A stretch of 64,000 nt of DNA, taken from contig CAKUXO010000002.1 in assembly GCA_934700385.1 (NCBI GenBank), positions 23,323-87,322 on the forward strand, given 5' to 3'. Both the position numbers and the translations under genes were made by a program. Origin of the DNA: an uncultured Candidatus Melainabacteria bacterium. Its GTDB lineage: Bacteria; Cyanobacteriota; Vampirovibrionia; Gastranaerophilales; Gastranaerophilaceae. Below are positions 63,504 through 64,000 of this stretch, in pieces (within the stretch, counting starts at the first letter, position 1; each line of letters opens with the position of its first letter). Under the pieces are notes generated by a model that saw only the letters and a list, made by a program, of their open reading frames with translations, was not told where the DNA came from and made no database searches.

Positions 63504-64000
63504 TTACATATCACTATAAAGCGGAAATTCTTTACATAATTCCATGCTTTGTTTTCTTAAATTTTCTTTTGTATCTTTTTCTAAAATAGCGTCAGCAATA
63601 ATTTTAGCTATTTTAGCCATTTCAGGTTCTTTCATTCCTCTTGTTGTTGTGGCTGCTGTACCAATTCTAACCCCTGAAGTAATAAATGGGCTTTTTGGGT
63701 CATTTGGAACAGTGTTTTTATTAGCAGTTATACCAACTTCTTCTAAAAGATTAGCAACATCTTTTCCTGTTTTATCTAATTTTCTTAAATCAATTGTCAT
63801 AACGTGGTTTTCAGATTTTCCACCAACAATATCAATTCCATTTTTAATTAATTCTTGAGCTAAAAAGGCAGAATTTTTAACAACTTGTTTAGCATATTCC
63901 TTAAAATCTTCGCTTTGAGCTTCTTTTAAGGCAATTGCTTTTCCTGCTATAATGTGTTCTAATGGTCCACCTTGAATTCCTGGGAAAACTGCTTTATCAA
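63504..64000 (-). CDS. glyA: Serine hydroxymethyltransferase, C-terminal part (N-terminus beyond the right edge)
   Basis: The frame is open to the edge: ...DKAVFPGIQGGPLEHIIAGKAIALKEAQ...NHVMTIDLR...GITANKNTVPNDPKSPFITSGVRIGTAATTTRGM. The Met at 63800 in the track is internal. Confidence 0.9.
   Translation of the reverse strand, partial: DKAVFPGIQGGPLEHIIAGKAIALKEAQSEDFKEYAKQVVKNSAFLAQELIKNGIDIVGGKSENHVMTIDLRKLDKTGKDVANLLEEVGITANKNTVPNDPKSPFITSGVRIGTAATTTRGMKEPEMAKIAKIIADAILEKDTKENLRKQSMELCKEFPLYSDM

Noticed and set aside
46402-63858. More embedded ORFs: 46402-46599, 46726-46980, 47189-47410, 48271-48543, 49272-49535, 51538-51786, 52307-52594, 53140-53334, 53729-53914, 56017-56226, 58682-58942, 59862-60176, 60697-60987, 62188-62406, 63544-63858. 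Also 32302-32523, 32596-32817 and 33406-33606 inside the kinase-like gene.
   Set aside because: Same reasoning. They overlap pheT, fmt, the M16 genes, bioF, bioB/bioD, the 861-aa gene, glyA and others, and have no independent support.
1-64000. CRISPR arrays, tRNA/rRNA genes, insertion sequences, integrases, prophage or restriction-modification genes, toxin-antitoxin pairs
   Set aside because: The intergenic gaps are all 262 nt or shorter and contain only hairpins and promoter-like elements. There are no spaced direct repeats, no cloverleaf-compatible segments and no transposase, integrase or recombinase motifs in any ORF.

Overview
Visibly AT-rich, very compact bacterial chromosome segment. 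I call 56 protein-coding genes. Intergenic gaps are short, four convergent gene pairs overlap at their stop codons, and several genes are translationally coupled. I found no rRNA, tRNA, CRISPR array, transposase, integrase or prophage signature. Most genes are housekeeping: mutS2, rpmB, mnmA, nadA, thiS, gdhA, rqcH, PPi-dependent pfp, ychF, pheT, def-fmt-aroH, an M16 peptidase pair, bioF-bioG-bioC/bioD/bioB, a WecA-like transferase and glyA. An RpaB/Ycf27-like response regulator and a Ycf45-like R3H ATPase, with no photosynthesis genes nearby, suggest a non-photosynthetic relative of cyanobacteria (Melainabacteria/Vampirovibrionia-like). That placement is inference only. All family assignments rest on motifs I could read by eye; no searches were run. 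I see no canonical defence island or mobile element. The observations most worth a second look: (1) a recurrent Asn-rich, non-hydrophobic N-terminal leader (M-[KST]-[VI]-N ... F-[KI]-[RG]-[SD]) on unrelated proteins (GH13 enzyme, GGDEF cyclase, kinase-like protein, Lys-rich membrane protein); (2) a 698-aa helical protein ending in a truncated, effector-style minimal kinase fold; (3) a fixed-register extended -10 box (TGnTA[A/G]AAT-N6-ATG) with no Shine-Dalgarno in front of mutS2, rqcH, def and bioF, suggesting leaderless mRNAs; (4) a DUF4011-type SF1 helicase fused to a DUF559-like nuclease next to mutS2 and alkD; (5) two lipid-carrier glycan modules (GT2 + YdjC deacetylase; GT-C + UbiA phosphoribosyltransferase + GtrA); (6) a split two-component system with a stand-alone OmpR-type winged helix and tandem 9-bp repeats; (7) a GGDEF domain interrupted by about 140 aa; (8) two GC-enriched, structured intergenic regions.
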